A stretch of 59,388 nt of DNA, the filler included. It is 6 parts of 6 records of this genome, joined end to end, with 100 filler letters (N's around TTAATTAATTAA, not from the genome) between each part and the next. Parts side by side here need not be neighbours in the genome. Positions count along the whole stretch, not along the records: positions 17,903 to 23,655 come from DRR723986_7932; positions 23,756 to 33,333 come from DRR723986_7941; 4 more parts are not named here. The stretch is one strand, 5' to 3'. Within the stretch, counting starts at the first letter, position 1; every line of letters begins with the position of its first letter. Positions 17,903 through 28,326 of this stretch are shown in pieces. Under the pieces are notes generated by a model that saw only the letters and a list, made by a program, of their open reading frames with translations, ran no database searches and was not told the DNA's origin. The position numbers were made by a program, and so were the translations under genes.

Positions 17903-17925
17903 CGCGCGCGCGCGCGCGCGCGCGC
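17903..17925. repeat. (CG)n microsatellite at the contig end
   Basis: 23 nt of alternating CG. Confidence 0.9.
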
Positions 17926-18012
17926 AAAAGAGGGAAGGGCAAAACAAACAATGGTTGGTCAACGCGTTGTGAAAATGTGTGCGCGCGTGGGAGCGACGTT
18001 CCAAACACTCAC
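17903..18012 (-). other. Probable spliceosomal intron (5' part)
   Basis: ATG|GTGAGT donor, abrupt loss of GC3 codon bias, TTGAC branch-like motif at 17958-17962 and pyrimidine tract TTGTTTGTTTTGCCCTTCCCTCTTTT. Confidence 0.7.
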
Positions 18013-21000
18013 CATGTTGAAGCCGTGCTGCTCCCAGCCGTTGGAGGTGGTCATGGGGTGCTGGTCGGCAATGCAGCTGACGCAGCCGCCGACCCCGTGG
18101 GACGTCCAGTACCCAAAGTTCGACATGGACGCGACATCGGTGAGCAGGCGCTCGTTGTCCTGGCACACGTCGCTGGCCCACTTGCCGCCCGAGGCGTAGC
18201 GTGCGCACTGCTGCTCCATGCCCGCCGCGCCGCGGGGCCCGGCGCCGTCCTGCCAGGCGTTGTACGTGGACGCCACCTTGTCGAGGCGCTTCTTGTCCTC
18301 GTCCTGCCAGTACCAGTGCGCGCCGTTGCCGTCGTTCGCGCACATGGCGATGTTGTCGTCGCACCTGGCCCCGAGCCAGCCGCAGTCGTTGTCGCAGAAC
18401 TGCTCGAGCTGCTTGCCCTTCTCCGGGGTGTCCACCACGGCGAGCCGCCCGCCGTGCGCGGTGCAGTAGTCCTGGGCCGCGGCGAAGGTGAGCGGGGTGG
18501 GGCCGCGGAAGTACGCGCCGTGGCACTTTTCCTCGGCGAACACGCAGCTGTACTCCACCGTGAGGTACGTGGCCTGGTTGCCGCAGGGGGAGCCGTACAC
18601 CGAGGACGCTGCCTCCAGCACGCAGCTCCGCTTCAGGTTGCAGCGCTCCGCGACCGAGGCCGTGACGCCCTCGGAGGCGCACGACACGTCCGTGGCGGAG
18701 CCCACCGCCGAGCACACGTTGGGCGCGACGCGCCCGTAGTGCGCCAGCCCCACCGACAGCACCATGCCCTCCTCGCAGCTCAGGTGCAGCTGCTCGCCCT
18801 CGCACGCCGTGCCCACGCGCCCGCGCGCGTTCGAGCGGCGCACCATCGAGTCTGCGCCCCCCGCCGCCGCGGAGGCGGCCAGGTCAAAGTCCTCGAGCAC
18901 CTCGGCCGGCAGGAGCGCGCGGTCGAACACCGCGAGGCGCGCCAGCGCCCCGGAGAGCACGGCGCCGCTGTGGGCCGGCGCGGCGCCGACGATGAGGCTG
19001 CCGTCCGTGGCGATCGGCGCCCCCGGCAGGCGCTTTGCGGTCCCGTCGGGCTTGCCGCCCACGAAGAACCGCACCTCGTCGCCGTCGTACGTCACGGCGA
19101 CGTGCACCCACGCGCCCAGCGGCAGCTCGGAGGCGCCCCTGGCCGCGGGCAGCCACCCCGCGGCGGCGGTGGAGCGGGGCAGGAACGCGAGGCGCTTGCC
19201 CTCGTCGTCGAGGCGCACGGACCAGGACACGGCCTCGGCGCTGGCGTACATCTCGGCCAGCGCCGCGCGCGGGGTGCGCTGGGCGAGCTTGACCCACGCC
19301 ACGACGGACACCTCCTCGGTCGGGGGGCGCGACGGCACGGTGACAAAGTAGCTCTTGCCGTCCAGCCGCAGGGCGTAGCCGAGCGACGTGGAGCGCGAGG
19401 GCTCGAACGCGGCCGCGCCCTTGAGCGCCGCCAGGTCGTTGCCGTTGCGCGAGCTGTCGCGCAGGGTGTTCTCGAACCCGTACAGCAGCACCGGGGCGTC
19501 GCTGACCCCCTGCGACTCGGAGCAGTTCTGCACCACCACCACGAACCCGCCGCTGTTGTCCGAGTACACGTCGTCGGCCACCACGAGGTGGAGCGTCGTG
19601 GGCGCGTCGGCGAACACCGTCGTGCCCTCGCCCACGAACACGCCGCACGTCGAGGAGGGCGACGTGCACGGGCGCCCCACCGACGCCACGAGCCCCAGGT
19701 GCGGGTGCCCGAAGTTCTGCACGCCGCACTCGGGCATGCCCAGCGGGCCTGCCGTGCCGTCGCAGTCGGGGTTTGGGCCGCCCGCGCGGCTCGTCGCCTC
19801 GCCCGTCACGCTCAGGCAGTAGTGGCCGCGCTTCGGCAGCGCCAGCGCCACGCCCGCGCTCGCGTCCGCGGCGACGTTGACGGTGGCCTTGAGCCCGTCC
19901 TGCCCCGAGCACTTGAGCAGCGCGTCGGCCACCTCGGGCGCGTGCACGGCGCGGTCCAGCAGCACCGCCACCTCGCTCATCGTGCCCACGAAGCGCGATC
20001 CGGCGCCCTCCGCGCCCGGGAGCGCGCCCAGCAGCACCACGGGTGGCGCGACGGTCCGGCGGAGCGCGCCGACGTTGGCGCCGGCGAACTTGGCCCGGCC
20101 GTACTGCTCGCCGTCGACGAAGAACGACACGGCCTGCGCGGACGCGTCGCGGACCACCGCAACGTGGCGCCACACGCCCACGTCGTCGGGGCCCCAGCCC
20201 ACCTCCTCGGACTCTGCGAGCGCGCACTCGCCCGACGTCCACGAGTCGTCGCACATGCGGCACGACAGCCGCTTCGACGCGCGGTCGATCTGGCAGGACA
20301 CCGACGGGTCCGCCGCACCGCCGCCCCCGCCGCCGTAGCTGAACAGCACGTGGCTGCGGGCCATCGTGTCCACGCGCACCCACGCCGAGAACGTCAGCGT
20401 GCCGACGTCGAGCGCCAGTCCGGGGACGCGCACCACAGACTCTTCCGACGCGCCGTCCAGCCGGACCCCGCGCGTGCCGCAGTACGTGTCGGTCGTGAAC
20501 GAGGCTCCGCCGCCCAGCACCGCGGTGAGGCCCTCGCACGCCTGCCCCGTCGGCCCCGTCGCCCGCGACTCGGACGCCCCGTCGCGCGCGTCGCTCCACG
20601 AAAAGTAGTTGCTCGTGCACGGCGCGACGGACTGTTCGCCTGCCCCTTCAGCGCCTCCTTCTTCTGCCACGGTGCTCCCCTCGCCCTCTCCATCGCCCTC
20701 GCCCGTCCCCTGGTGCTCCTGCATGCCGGCGTCGTCGTAGAGGTCCGCCACGTCGCCCGCGGAGAGCCGGGAGGTGTACACCTCCACCTCGGCGAGGTCG
20801 CCCTTGAAGAAGGCGTCGAACGCGGGGAACAGGCCCACCACGAGCTCGGAGACGGCCGCGCTGGGCGCCGCGGCGGGGCGGGAGCCGAGGCTCTTGCCGT
20901 CGACGAAGAACTCGACCGAGCTTGCGTCCGCGGCGGCGACGACGTGCGTCCACCGGTCGAGGGCGAGCGTCCCGGGCGCCACGGCGCGCCCCGCCCACCC

Positions 21001-23655
21001 CGTGGCCTTGCCCGTGTCGAACGCGTACATGAGGCTGCCGCCCTCGTCGCCGTCCAGGCCGAGGGAGAAGCCCACGCCGGCCTTGCCGCTGAAGCCGCCC
21101 ACGAACGCGGCCCACGGGACGCGCTCGCGGACGCGCACCCAGCACGCCAGCGTCACCGCGGGCCCGACGCCCGTGAGGACGGGCGCCGACTTTGCCGCCA
21201 CCGCGCCGGAGCCGTCGAGCGCGAGCGCCACGCCCAGCGGCAGCCTGGTGGGCTCGAACAGCGCACCGCCAGACACGACGAGGTCGTTGCCGCCCCCGCT
21301 GTAGTCCCTCCCGCTGCGCTCGTCGAAGGTGTAGTGGGCCACCGCGCCGTCGTTGTAGGCGCCCTCGCACGCGGCCCACCCCTGGGCGAGCGCCCGCGAG
21401 CGGTAGACCTTGACCTCGCCCATGGCGCCCTCGAAGTTGGCGTGCACGTCCTCGCGGTGGCCGACGGCGCCCAGGCGGAAGCCGCCCTTGGACACGCGCG
21501 GCGCCTTGACGTTGGAGCCCGCGAACGCGACCGTGCCGCGCGGCGCGCCGTTCACGAAGAACCGCACCTGCGCGGCCTTGGCGTCGCGGACGACGGCCAC
21601 GTGCACCCACACGCCCACCGCGCCCTCGTCCCAGCCCACCCGGGCCGAGTTGACGGCGGTGCACGCCTGCCCCGACGCGGGCGACCACGCGGCGTCGCAG
21701 ATCTCGCAGTGCACGTCGCGGGCGGGATGCTTGAGGCGCAGCTGGCACAGCACCGAGGGCTCCACCGCGCGGTGCCCGTACGAGAAGAGCGTCATGTCGT
21801 GCGACACGGTGTCCGGGCGCACCCACATGGCCACGGTGAACGACTCGGTGTCGAGGCGCAGGCGCGGCACCTCCACCGCCGTCGAGGGCGCGCCGTCGAA
21901 CAGCGCCGCCACGCCCTTGCACGGCAGGTCGCGCACCGGCGTCACGCCACCACCGCCACCGCCGCCGCCGGCATCGGCATTGGCATTGGTCGACGGGAGC
22001 GACGCGTCGTAGGGGGTGCAGCCCGCCTCGCCGTCCAGCGTAGAGCTGACCGTGCCCGTGGCGCCGTTGTCCAGCGAGTTGAAGTCGAAGAGGCAGGTGG
22101 CGCACAGGAGCTCGCACTCGGTGGTGGAGGCCACGGACGACGCGCGCACGGCGGCCTCCTTGTTGACCAGCACGTCCATCATCGAGCCGTGGAACGCCTT
22201 GGCGGGCGAGGCGGGCTGGAGGCCGAGGTAGAAGCCCTTGGACGAGAACTTCAGCGCGCCGTCGTTGGTCCCCGCGAAGGGCGCCGCGCCCACGGGGGCA
22301 AAGTCCAGGAAGAAGCGCACCTCGCGGGCCCCGGCGTCGCGCACGATCGCGACGTGGTGCCACGTGTTGACGAAGCCGTCCTTCCACAGGCCGCCCTGGG
22401 AGCTGACGGTGGCCAGCGGTGCAGCCCCAGCACCACCACCACCGCCGGTGGCGGCAGCCTCGTTGCCCATGGAGCAGCGGATGTTGCCGGGACCGCCCGG
22501 GGCGAGGCCGAGCTCGCACCACGCGCTCTGGTCGTCGCCGTAGCTGAACAGCACCATGTCGCGCGACAGCGTGGCGAGCTTCACCCACGCGGCAAAGGTG
22601 AACGACGCGGCGTTGAGGTGGAGCCCCTGGGCGAACGCGCCCGCGCCGGCGGTGCCGTCGAACGCGAGCGCGGCGGTGCCCGCGCCGCAGAACGGGTCAA
22701 AGGCGAACTTGGACGCCGCGGCGTCGAGCAGCAGCAGCTTGTAGGGGAAGCACTGCGGCGAGGGCGACTCGGACGTGAACGCCAGCGAGCCCGGCCTGGC
22801 GTTGCGGAACGAGAAGCGCGCGACCAGGCAGGCGCGGTTGTCGAACACCAGCGAGTTGAGCGCCACCCACCGCGACGGCGAGCTCTCCGCGGCGGAGCCG
22901 AGGAACACCTTGCCGTCCAGGTCCACGTGCACGCTCGTGGGCTCCATGTCGGTGGGCATGCGCACCAGCACCTGGCCCGTGGACACGAGCCCGGAGGGCC
23001 CGCGCGGCGCGCACGCGGGCGGCAGGGTGCCCAGCACCGCCGAGTACTCGAGGTTGGAGCGGTCCACGAACCCGCTGAGGAAGCACGACGAGCTGGTGGT
23101 GAACAGCTGCGGGGGCGCGAAGCCGGAGCGCGGCTTCCACGCCTTGCTGAGGGCGAACGGCCCGTGCGGCGACTGGACGGCGTCCAGCACGGCGCGCCCC
23201 GTGGACAGGCCCGCCGCCTCGCCCGCGTGCCAGTAGATGCCGTCCAGGCTGACCCAGTCGCCGCGCGGGCCCATGTTGATGCTGTGCGCCGCGTCGATGG
23301 CGACGGCGAGCGACACCCCGCCCGTGAGGTCCACGCGCGTGGCGCGGTCGCCCGAGACGACGATGAACAGCAGCGACTGGGCGCGGCAGGGCTCGGACAC
23401 GGTGCCGAGCGTGCGGCGCGCGGCGTCGGCGGCGTTGCCGTTGGCGGCGCGGGCCAGCCCGGAGGCGATGCACAGGCCGCCGACGTAGCTCACGGCGGGG
23501 ACGCCGTAGCCGTGGCCGTAGGCCTGCCAGTTGGGCGACAGCGACAGCGCGGCGACGCCGGCGGTGGCGGGCATGGAGGGCATGTAAAGCACGTGGTTGA
23601 GCTCGGTGACGTAGAAGCCGTCCTCCTCGGGGACGTCGTACAGCCACGAGACGCG
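18013..23655 (-). CDS. Large exon of a giant extracellular multi-lectin protein (2 phage-tail-like domains, 5 LamG/ConA-like, LecA/PA-IL-like, SUEL, C-type lectin); partial, probably eukaryotic
   Basis: LamG motifs (FTFAAWVK, WHHVAIVRD, VRFFVNG, F.G...EV) occur five times. Also DDVYSDNSG, ACEGEQLHLSC..HYGR..SPC..YLTVEYSC and TFAAAQDYC..GGRLA..WLG..WASDVC. The frame is open to the contig end. Confidence 0.85.
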
Positions 23656-23755
23656 NNNNNNNNNNNNNNNNNNNNNNNNNNNNNNNNNNNNNNNNNNNNT
23701 TAATTAATTAANNNNNNNNNNNNNNNNNNNNNNNNNNNNNNNNNNNNNNNNNNNN
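23656..23755. other. Artificial contig linker
   Basis: N44-TTAATTAATTAA-N44. Confidence 0.99.
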
Positions 23756-25023
23756 TGGGACATGCCCCATTCTTCGATATAGCCGTGGCCGCCGTAGATT
23801 TGCTGGGCTTTGACGGTCATGTCATAGCCTTCATCGGTTAAAAAGCCTTTGATCACCGGGGTCAGCAGGCTGACCAGCCCATCGGCTGCGGCATCATTGT
23901 TGCGATGCGCACGATCGATCAGCGCGGCGCCCCACAGCATAAAGGCGCGGGCGGCTTCGGTGAAGCTTTTTTGATCCATCAGCGAACGGCGAATGTCGGG
24001 GTGCACGATCAGCGGATCGGCAGGGCCACTGGGGTTTTCTGCGCCAGTCACCGCGCGGCCCTGCAGGCGGTCTTTGGCATAGGCCAGTGCGTTTTGATAG
24101 GCGACATCGGCCTGGGCCAGGCCCTGCATGCCCACGCCCAGGCGCGCCTCGTTCATCATGGTGAACATCGCGCGCATGCCCTTATGCGCCTCGCCCAGCA
24201 AATAGCCCGTGGCGCCGTCGTAATTCATGACGCAGGTGGAATTGCCATGGATGCCCATTTTATGTTCGATCTTGCCGCAGCTCAGGCTGTTGCGGGGGCC
24301 AAGGCTGCCGTCGTCATTGACCAGAAACTTGGGCACGATGAAAAGCGACACGCCTTTGATGCCTTCGGGGCCGCCGGGGATTTTGGCCAACACCAGGTGG
24401 ATGATGTTTTCGGCCATGTCATGTTCGCCAGAGGAGATAAAGATTTTCTGCCCGCTGATCTGGTAGCTGCCATCGGGTTGGGGTTCTGCGCGGGTGCGCA
24501 TTAGCCCCAGGTCGGTGCCGCAATGGGGCTCGGTCAGGTTCATCGTGCCGGTCCATTGGCAGCTGACCATATTGGGCAGGTAGGTGTTTTTTTGTGCATC
24601 TGTGCCATGGGCCAGTATCGCCGAGGCCGCGCCATGGGTGAGACCTTGATACATGGTAAAGGCCTGGTTGGCGGCGCTGAACATTTCGCCCACCGCTGTG
24701 CCAATCACATGGGGCATGTTTTGGCCCCCATATTCGCCGGGCATATCCAGCCCGGGCCAGCCGCCTTGGCGCATTTGATCGAAGGCGTCTTTAAACCCTG
24801 TGGGGGTGCGCACCACACCGTTTTCCAGCCTGCAGCCTTCGGCATCGCCTACGGCATTCAGGGGCGCGAGCACGTTTGAGGCAATTTTGCCGGCTTCTTC
24901 CAGGATGGCTGCGGTGAAATCTTGCTCTAATTCGGCATAGCCCGGCACATCTTGCTGCGCGATGTTAAAGACATCGTGCATCAGGAATTGCATGTCTTTC
25001 ACAGGGGCGGAATAACTTGGCAT
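23756..25023 (-). CDS. Acyl-CoA dehydrogenase (long, DmdC-like family), 3'-truncated
   Basis: [41 protein letters not shown] and QIYGGHGYI. Confidence 0.95.
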
Positions 25024-25096
25024 TGGTGCACCTCTTTTGTGCCTGGTCTACTGAAAATCGGTTGGCTTGGCCGATTGCGCGGCCAGCATGCGGCGC

Positions 25097-25498
25097 TTAT
25101 TCTGCGGCGCGCTTTTGTTGGTTGGCCGAAGCGATGATTTTCTCGCTCCATTTCATCTGCTCTTGCAGATCGGTGATTGCGGCGTTCAGCTCGTCGCGCT
25201 GGCGGATCAGATCATCGAGCCGCTTTTGGGCCAGTTCGTATGTGCGGGTCAGTTGGGTTTGTTGCTGGTCGCCCATATGATACAGATCCAGCAGCTGGCG
25301 GATTTCCTCGAGGCTGAAACCAAAGCGTTTGCCGCGCAAAATCAGCTTTAGGCGGGCGCGATCGCGGCGGGTGAACAGGCGTTTTTGCCCCTCGCGGATC
25401 GGGAAAAGCAGCTCTTTGGCTTCGTAAAAGCGCAAGGTGCGTGGGGTGACGTCGAAGGCGTCGCACATCTCGCGGATGGTCATTGTTTTTTCGGTCAT
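25097..25498 (-). CDS. MerR family regulator (LiuR-like)
   Basis: TIREMCDAFDVTPRTLRFYE and RLKLILRGKRFGFSLEEI. Upstream of acyl-CoA dehydrogenase. Confidence 0.9.
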   Translation of the reverse strand: MTEKTMTIREMCDAFDVTPRTLRFYEAKELLFPIREGQKRLFTRRDRARLKLILRGKRFGFSLEEIRQLLDLYHMGDQQQTQLTRTYELAQKRLDDLIRQRDELNAAITDLQEQMKWSEKIIASANQQKRAAE

Positions 25499-25569
25499 GA
25501 TCGGCCCGTTGTAAGTGATTTGCCACAAAAACTGGTGTTCTGGGGCTGTATTACAATAGCCGGGCAAGT

Positions 25570-25626
25570 TGACGTATCTGCAACGTCACGTCACTTTGAA
25601 AGTTGACGTTGGATCACCTTGCGTAA
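25570..25626. promoter_or_regulatory. Cluster of TGACGT/ACGTCA half-sites, candidate LiuR operators
   Basis: TGACGT at 25570 and 25604, ACGTCA at 25583 and 25588, GCGTAA at 25621. Confidence 0.55.
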
Positions 25627-25650
25627 ACCAGGGCAGGTAGGGGGTGGGGG

Positions 25651-26019
25651 CTATGACAGCTGATCGACCGTATCATCGCGCAGCTTGCGCAGCTCGGTTA
25701 TGGCCTCTTCCAGCTGCGCTTTTTGCTCGGCCAGTTCCACCAATTGCCTGTTGGCCATCTCGACCCAGGCATGCATTTGCGCCTCGGTGCCTTCTTTTTC
25801 ATAGATCAGCAGCCATTGGCGAATTTCTTCCAGTGGGAAGCCGAATTTGCGGCCGCGCAGAATCAATGTCATGCGCGCGCATTCCTTGGCGCCATAAAAC
25901 CTTGCGCGCCCCTCGCGATGCGGGGACAGCAGCTCGATATATTCGTAATAACGCAAGGTCCGTGGTGTCACGTCGAACTTTGCGCACATCTCCTTGAACG
26001 ATAGCCGCGTCTCTGCCAT
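25651..26019 (-). CDS. MerR family regulator (second LiuR-like paralog)
   Basis: SFKEMCAKFDVTPRTLRYYE and ILRGRKFGFPLEEI. Confidence 0.9.
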   Translation of the reverse strand: MAETRLSFKEMCAKFDVTPRTLRYYEYIELLSPHREGRARFYGAKECARMTLILRGRKFGFPLEEIRQWLLIYEKEGTEAQMHAWVEMANRQLVELAEQKAQLEEAITELRKLRDDTVDQLS

Positions 26020-26087
26020 CTTCCCTCGCCCTTTTCCCACGGGCGACCTTACGCTTGTGTGCTGCGGCGTCAATGGGCCTGAACGGA

Positions 26088-27236
26088 TCAGTTTAGAAAA
26101 TTGGGGAAAAACAGGTAAAACCCATAGCTGGCCAGCACTGCGGGAATGCCCGAATAAAGCGTGGCCAAAAGGGCCGCGCGTGGGTTGAGCGCGATTGCGG
26201 GAAACAGGGCGTCGCCATCGTTTGAGATGGCATTGCCAACCAATGCGGCAAAGGGCACGACGCCATTCAGATAAAGGGTCGTCACCAAAACCTGTGGGCC
26301 GCAGCCGGGGATAAACCCGACCAAAACCGCGATCAGTGGCACAAGGGGGGCGATGTTTTGAAAGAGAACGCCCAGTTCCAGCCCCAGAAAGGCGGCGGCG
26401 TATTCATAGGCCAGAAAGGCGCCGATCACCCAGACTGTGATAAACGATGTCTCCTCGGCCACGCGGGTAAGCGGGCTGTCGTGGCGGTTGCTCATCGCGC
26501 TGAGTTGCGAGCTGGCCCATATGGCCAGGCCCAGGAAAACCCCCGCCAAACAAATGGCCTGCACCAGGCTGTGGGGCAACCATGGGGGCGGGGCGATATT
26601 GGCCAGATCGGCCACGCCCAGGGCCAAGCCGGGAATGGCCAGGCCCAGATAGGCAATATCGCGGCGGCGCAGGGCGCCCAGGCGGGGTGTCATGTGATCG
26701 GGGTGAATGCTGGCGGCGGCAGGCGGGGCCACGCGCAGCCTGTCAACCGCCCAGCCCGATGCGATGCCCACCGCAAAAGACAAGGGTAGCAACACCAACG
26801 CCGCATCGGGGCGGGTGGCGATCAGCAAAAAGGCGGCGTCACCCATTGTGGCGGTCAGTGTGGCCACCACGGCGCCAAAGCCCACATGCCCAGTGCCATA
26901 GGCAGCAACCACCACCACCGCGCCACCGCAGCCCGGCAAGGCCCCCAGCGCCGCGGCGATGGGCACCTGCGCCCAGCGGGCTTGGCCCATCAGGCTGGGC
27001 AGGCTGACGCCAAACCGGCGCTCGGCGGTGTAAAAAATCAGCAAGGTTGCGGCCACAAAAACCGATACTGCCATATAGGCATCTACCATCATGCTGCGCG
27101 TCACCCGGCCCAATTCGCCCGGTGCAATCGCCAAAGCCACCAAAACCAGGGCCGCCCACAGCCGACGCGGGTTGCGCGGTTGCAGCCAAATCTGGCCACT
27201 TGCGCTGTTTTGGTGCGGCGTGCTGTGAGATGCCAT
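26088..27236 (-). CDS. Putative manganese transporter (10-TM heavy-metal transporter family, MntX-like)
   Basis: Duplicated motifs PGCGG...TMGDAAF and PGCGPQ...SNDGDALF, with many TM helices. Confidence 0.85.
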   Translation of the reverse strand: MASHSTPHQNSASGQIWLQPRNPRRLWAALVLVALAIAPGELGRVTRSMMVDAYMAVSVFVAATLLIFYTAERRFGVSLPSLMGQARWAQVPIAAALGALPGCGGAVVVVAAYGTGHVGFGAVVATLTATMGDAAFLLIATRPDAALVLLPLSFAVGIASGWAVDRLRVAPPAAASIHPDHMTPRLGALRRRDIAYLGLAIPGLALGVADLANIAPPPWLPHSLVQAICLAGVFLGLAIWASSQLSAMSNRHDSPLTRVAEETSFITVWVIGAFLAYEYAAAFLGLELGVLFQNIAPLVPLIAVLVGFIPGCGPQVLVTTLYLNGVVPFAALVGNAISNDGDALFPAIALNPRAALLATLYSGIPAVLASYGFYLFFPNFLN

Positions 27237-27272
27237 GGTGTTACCCCGCTCTGCCCGATAGGGCCCGAGTTT

Positions 27273-27289
27273 TTGAGAATGGTTCGCAA
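27273..27289. promoter_or_regulatory. Mur/Fur-alpha-like box
   Basis: TTGAGAA-TGG-TTCGCAA, a 7-3-7 palindrome with one mismatch, 36 nt upstream of the transporter start. Confidence 0.65.
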
Positions 27290-27400
27290 CAAGGAAGATA
27301 GGGCTTGAACCTGCAAAGACAAGGCCGAATAAACACCTAAACGCCGGGCGCTGGTGGGCATCTGCCGGGCCGCTGGGCGAAACCAAGTAAGGGTATCGGC

Positions 27401-27820
27401 ATGGACAAAGTAAAAATGGCGCGGCAGTTCATCGAGGCCATCCCCCATGCGCGCGAATTGGGTATGGAATTTACCGATATCGGCGACGGTGCCGCCACCA
27501 TGCGTATGCCCTATGACCCGCGCTTGGTGGGCGACCCGGAAACCGGGGTTTTGCATGGGGGGGCGGTTTATGCCTTGCTTGATACCACCTGTGGCGCTGC
27601 GGTGATTGCCCATCCCTCGAACCCGGGGGGAACGGCCACGATTGGCCTGCGCGTCGATTATATGCGCGCCGCAACCGCCGGCCAGGCGCTGCGCACCCAT
27701 GCGCAGTGTTATCACCTGACACGCAATGTGGCCTTTGTGCGCGCCACCGCCATGGATGACGACAGCGAAAACCCCGTTGCGGTGGCCAATGGCACCTTCA
27801 CTGTGGAGGGGCTGAAATGA
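27401..27820 (+). CDS. PaaI family thioesterase
   Basis: GDPETGVLHGGAVYALLDT and ATIGLRVDY. Confidence 0.9.
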   Translation: MDKVKMARQFIEAIPHARELGMEFTDIGDGAATMRMPYDPRLVGDPETGVLHGGAVYALLDTTCGAAVIAHPSNPGGTATIGLRVDYMRAATAGQALRTHAQCYHLTRNVAFVRATAMDDDSENPVAVANGTFTVEGLK

Positions 27821-28326
27821 GCCGCCGCCGCCCCGAACCTGTGCAAGTGGTCAAACAACGCCGCGATGCGGCCCTGCAGGCCTTGGTGCAGGGCGTGCCC
27901 TATGTGCAGTTTTTGGGCATCACATTCGATCGCCGCGGCGACGAGCTGACGGCGGTTTTGCCCTTTCACGAGCGGTTGATCGGCAATCCGATGCTGCCGG
28001 CCATTCATGGCGGGGTTACTGCGGCGCTGTTAGAGGTGACAGCGGTCATTGGTCTGGCCTGGTCGGTTTTATGGGACGAGATCGAGGCAGGCCAGGTGGA
28101 CGCCGAGCAACTGATCGCAGGCCGCCTGCCGCGCCTGCCGAAAACCATTGATTTCACGGTGGATTATCTGCGCTCGGGCCTGCCGCGCGATGCCTATGCG
28201 CGCGCGCAGGTCAACCGCTCGGGGCGGCGCTATGCCAGCGTGCATGTGGAAGCCTGGCAAGATAACCGCGCGCGTGCCTTTGCGCAGGCCACCGGGCATT
28301 TCTTGATGCCCTCACCCCGTGGCTAG
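27817..28326 (+). CDS. PaaI family thioesterase
   Basis: GNPMLPAIHGG and KTIDFTVDYLR. ATGA-coupled to the upstream gene. Confidence 0.9.
   Translation: MSRRRPEPVQVVKQRRDAALQALVQGVPYVQFLGITFDRRGDELTAVLPFHERLIGNPMLPAIHGGVTAALLEVTAVIGLAWSVLWDEIEAGQVDAEQLIAGRLPRLPKTIDFTVDYLRSGLPRDAYARAQVNRSGRRYASVHVEAWQDNRARAFAQATGHFLMPSPRG

Noticed and set aside
20640-22460. Low-GC3 Gly/Glu-rich stretches in the lectin gene as possible in-frame introns
   Set aside because: No convincing GT...AG boundaries. They read as inter-domain linkers.
17977-23703. 1908-aa ORF on the + strand
   Set aside because: Codon-for-codon antisense shadow of the lectin gene. It results from extreme GC3 bias, has no recognisable domains and ends only at the linker.
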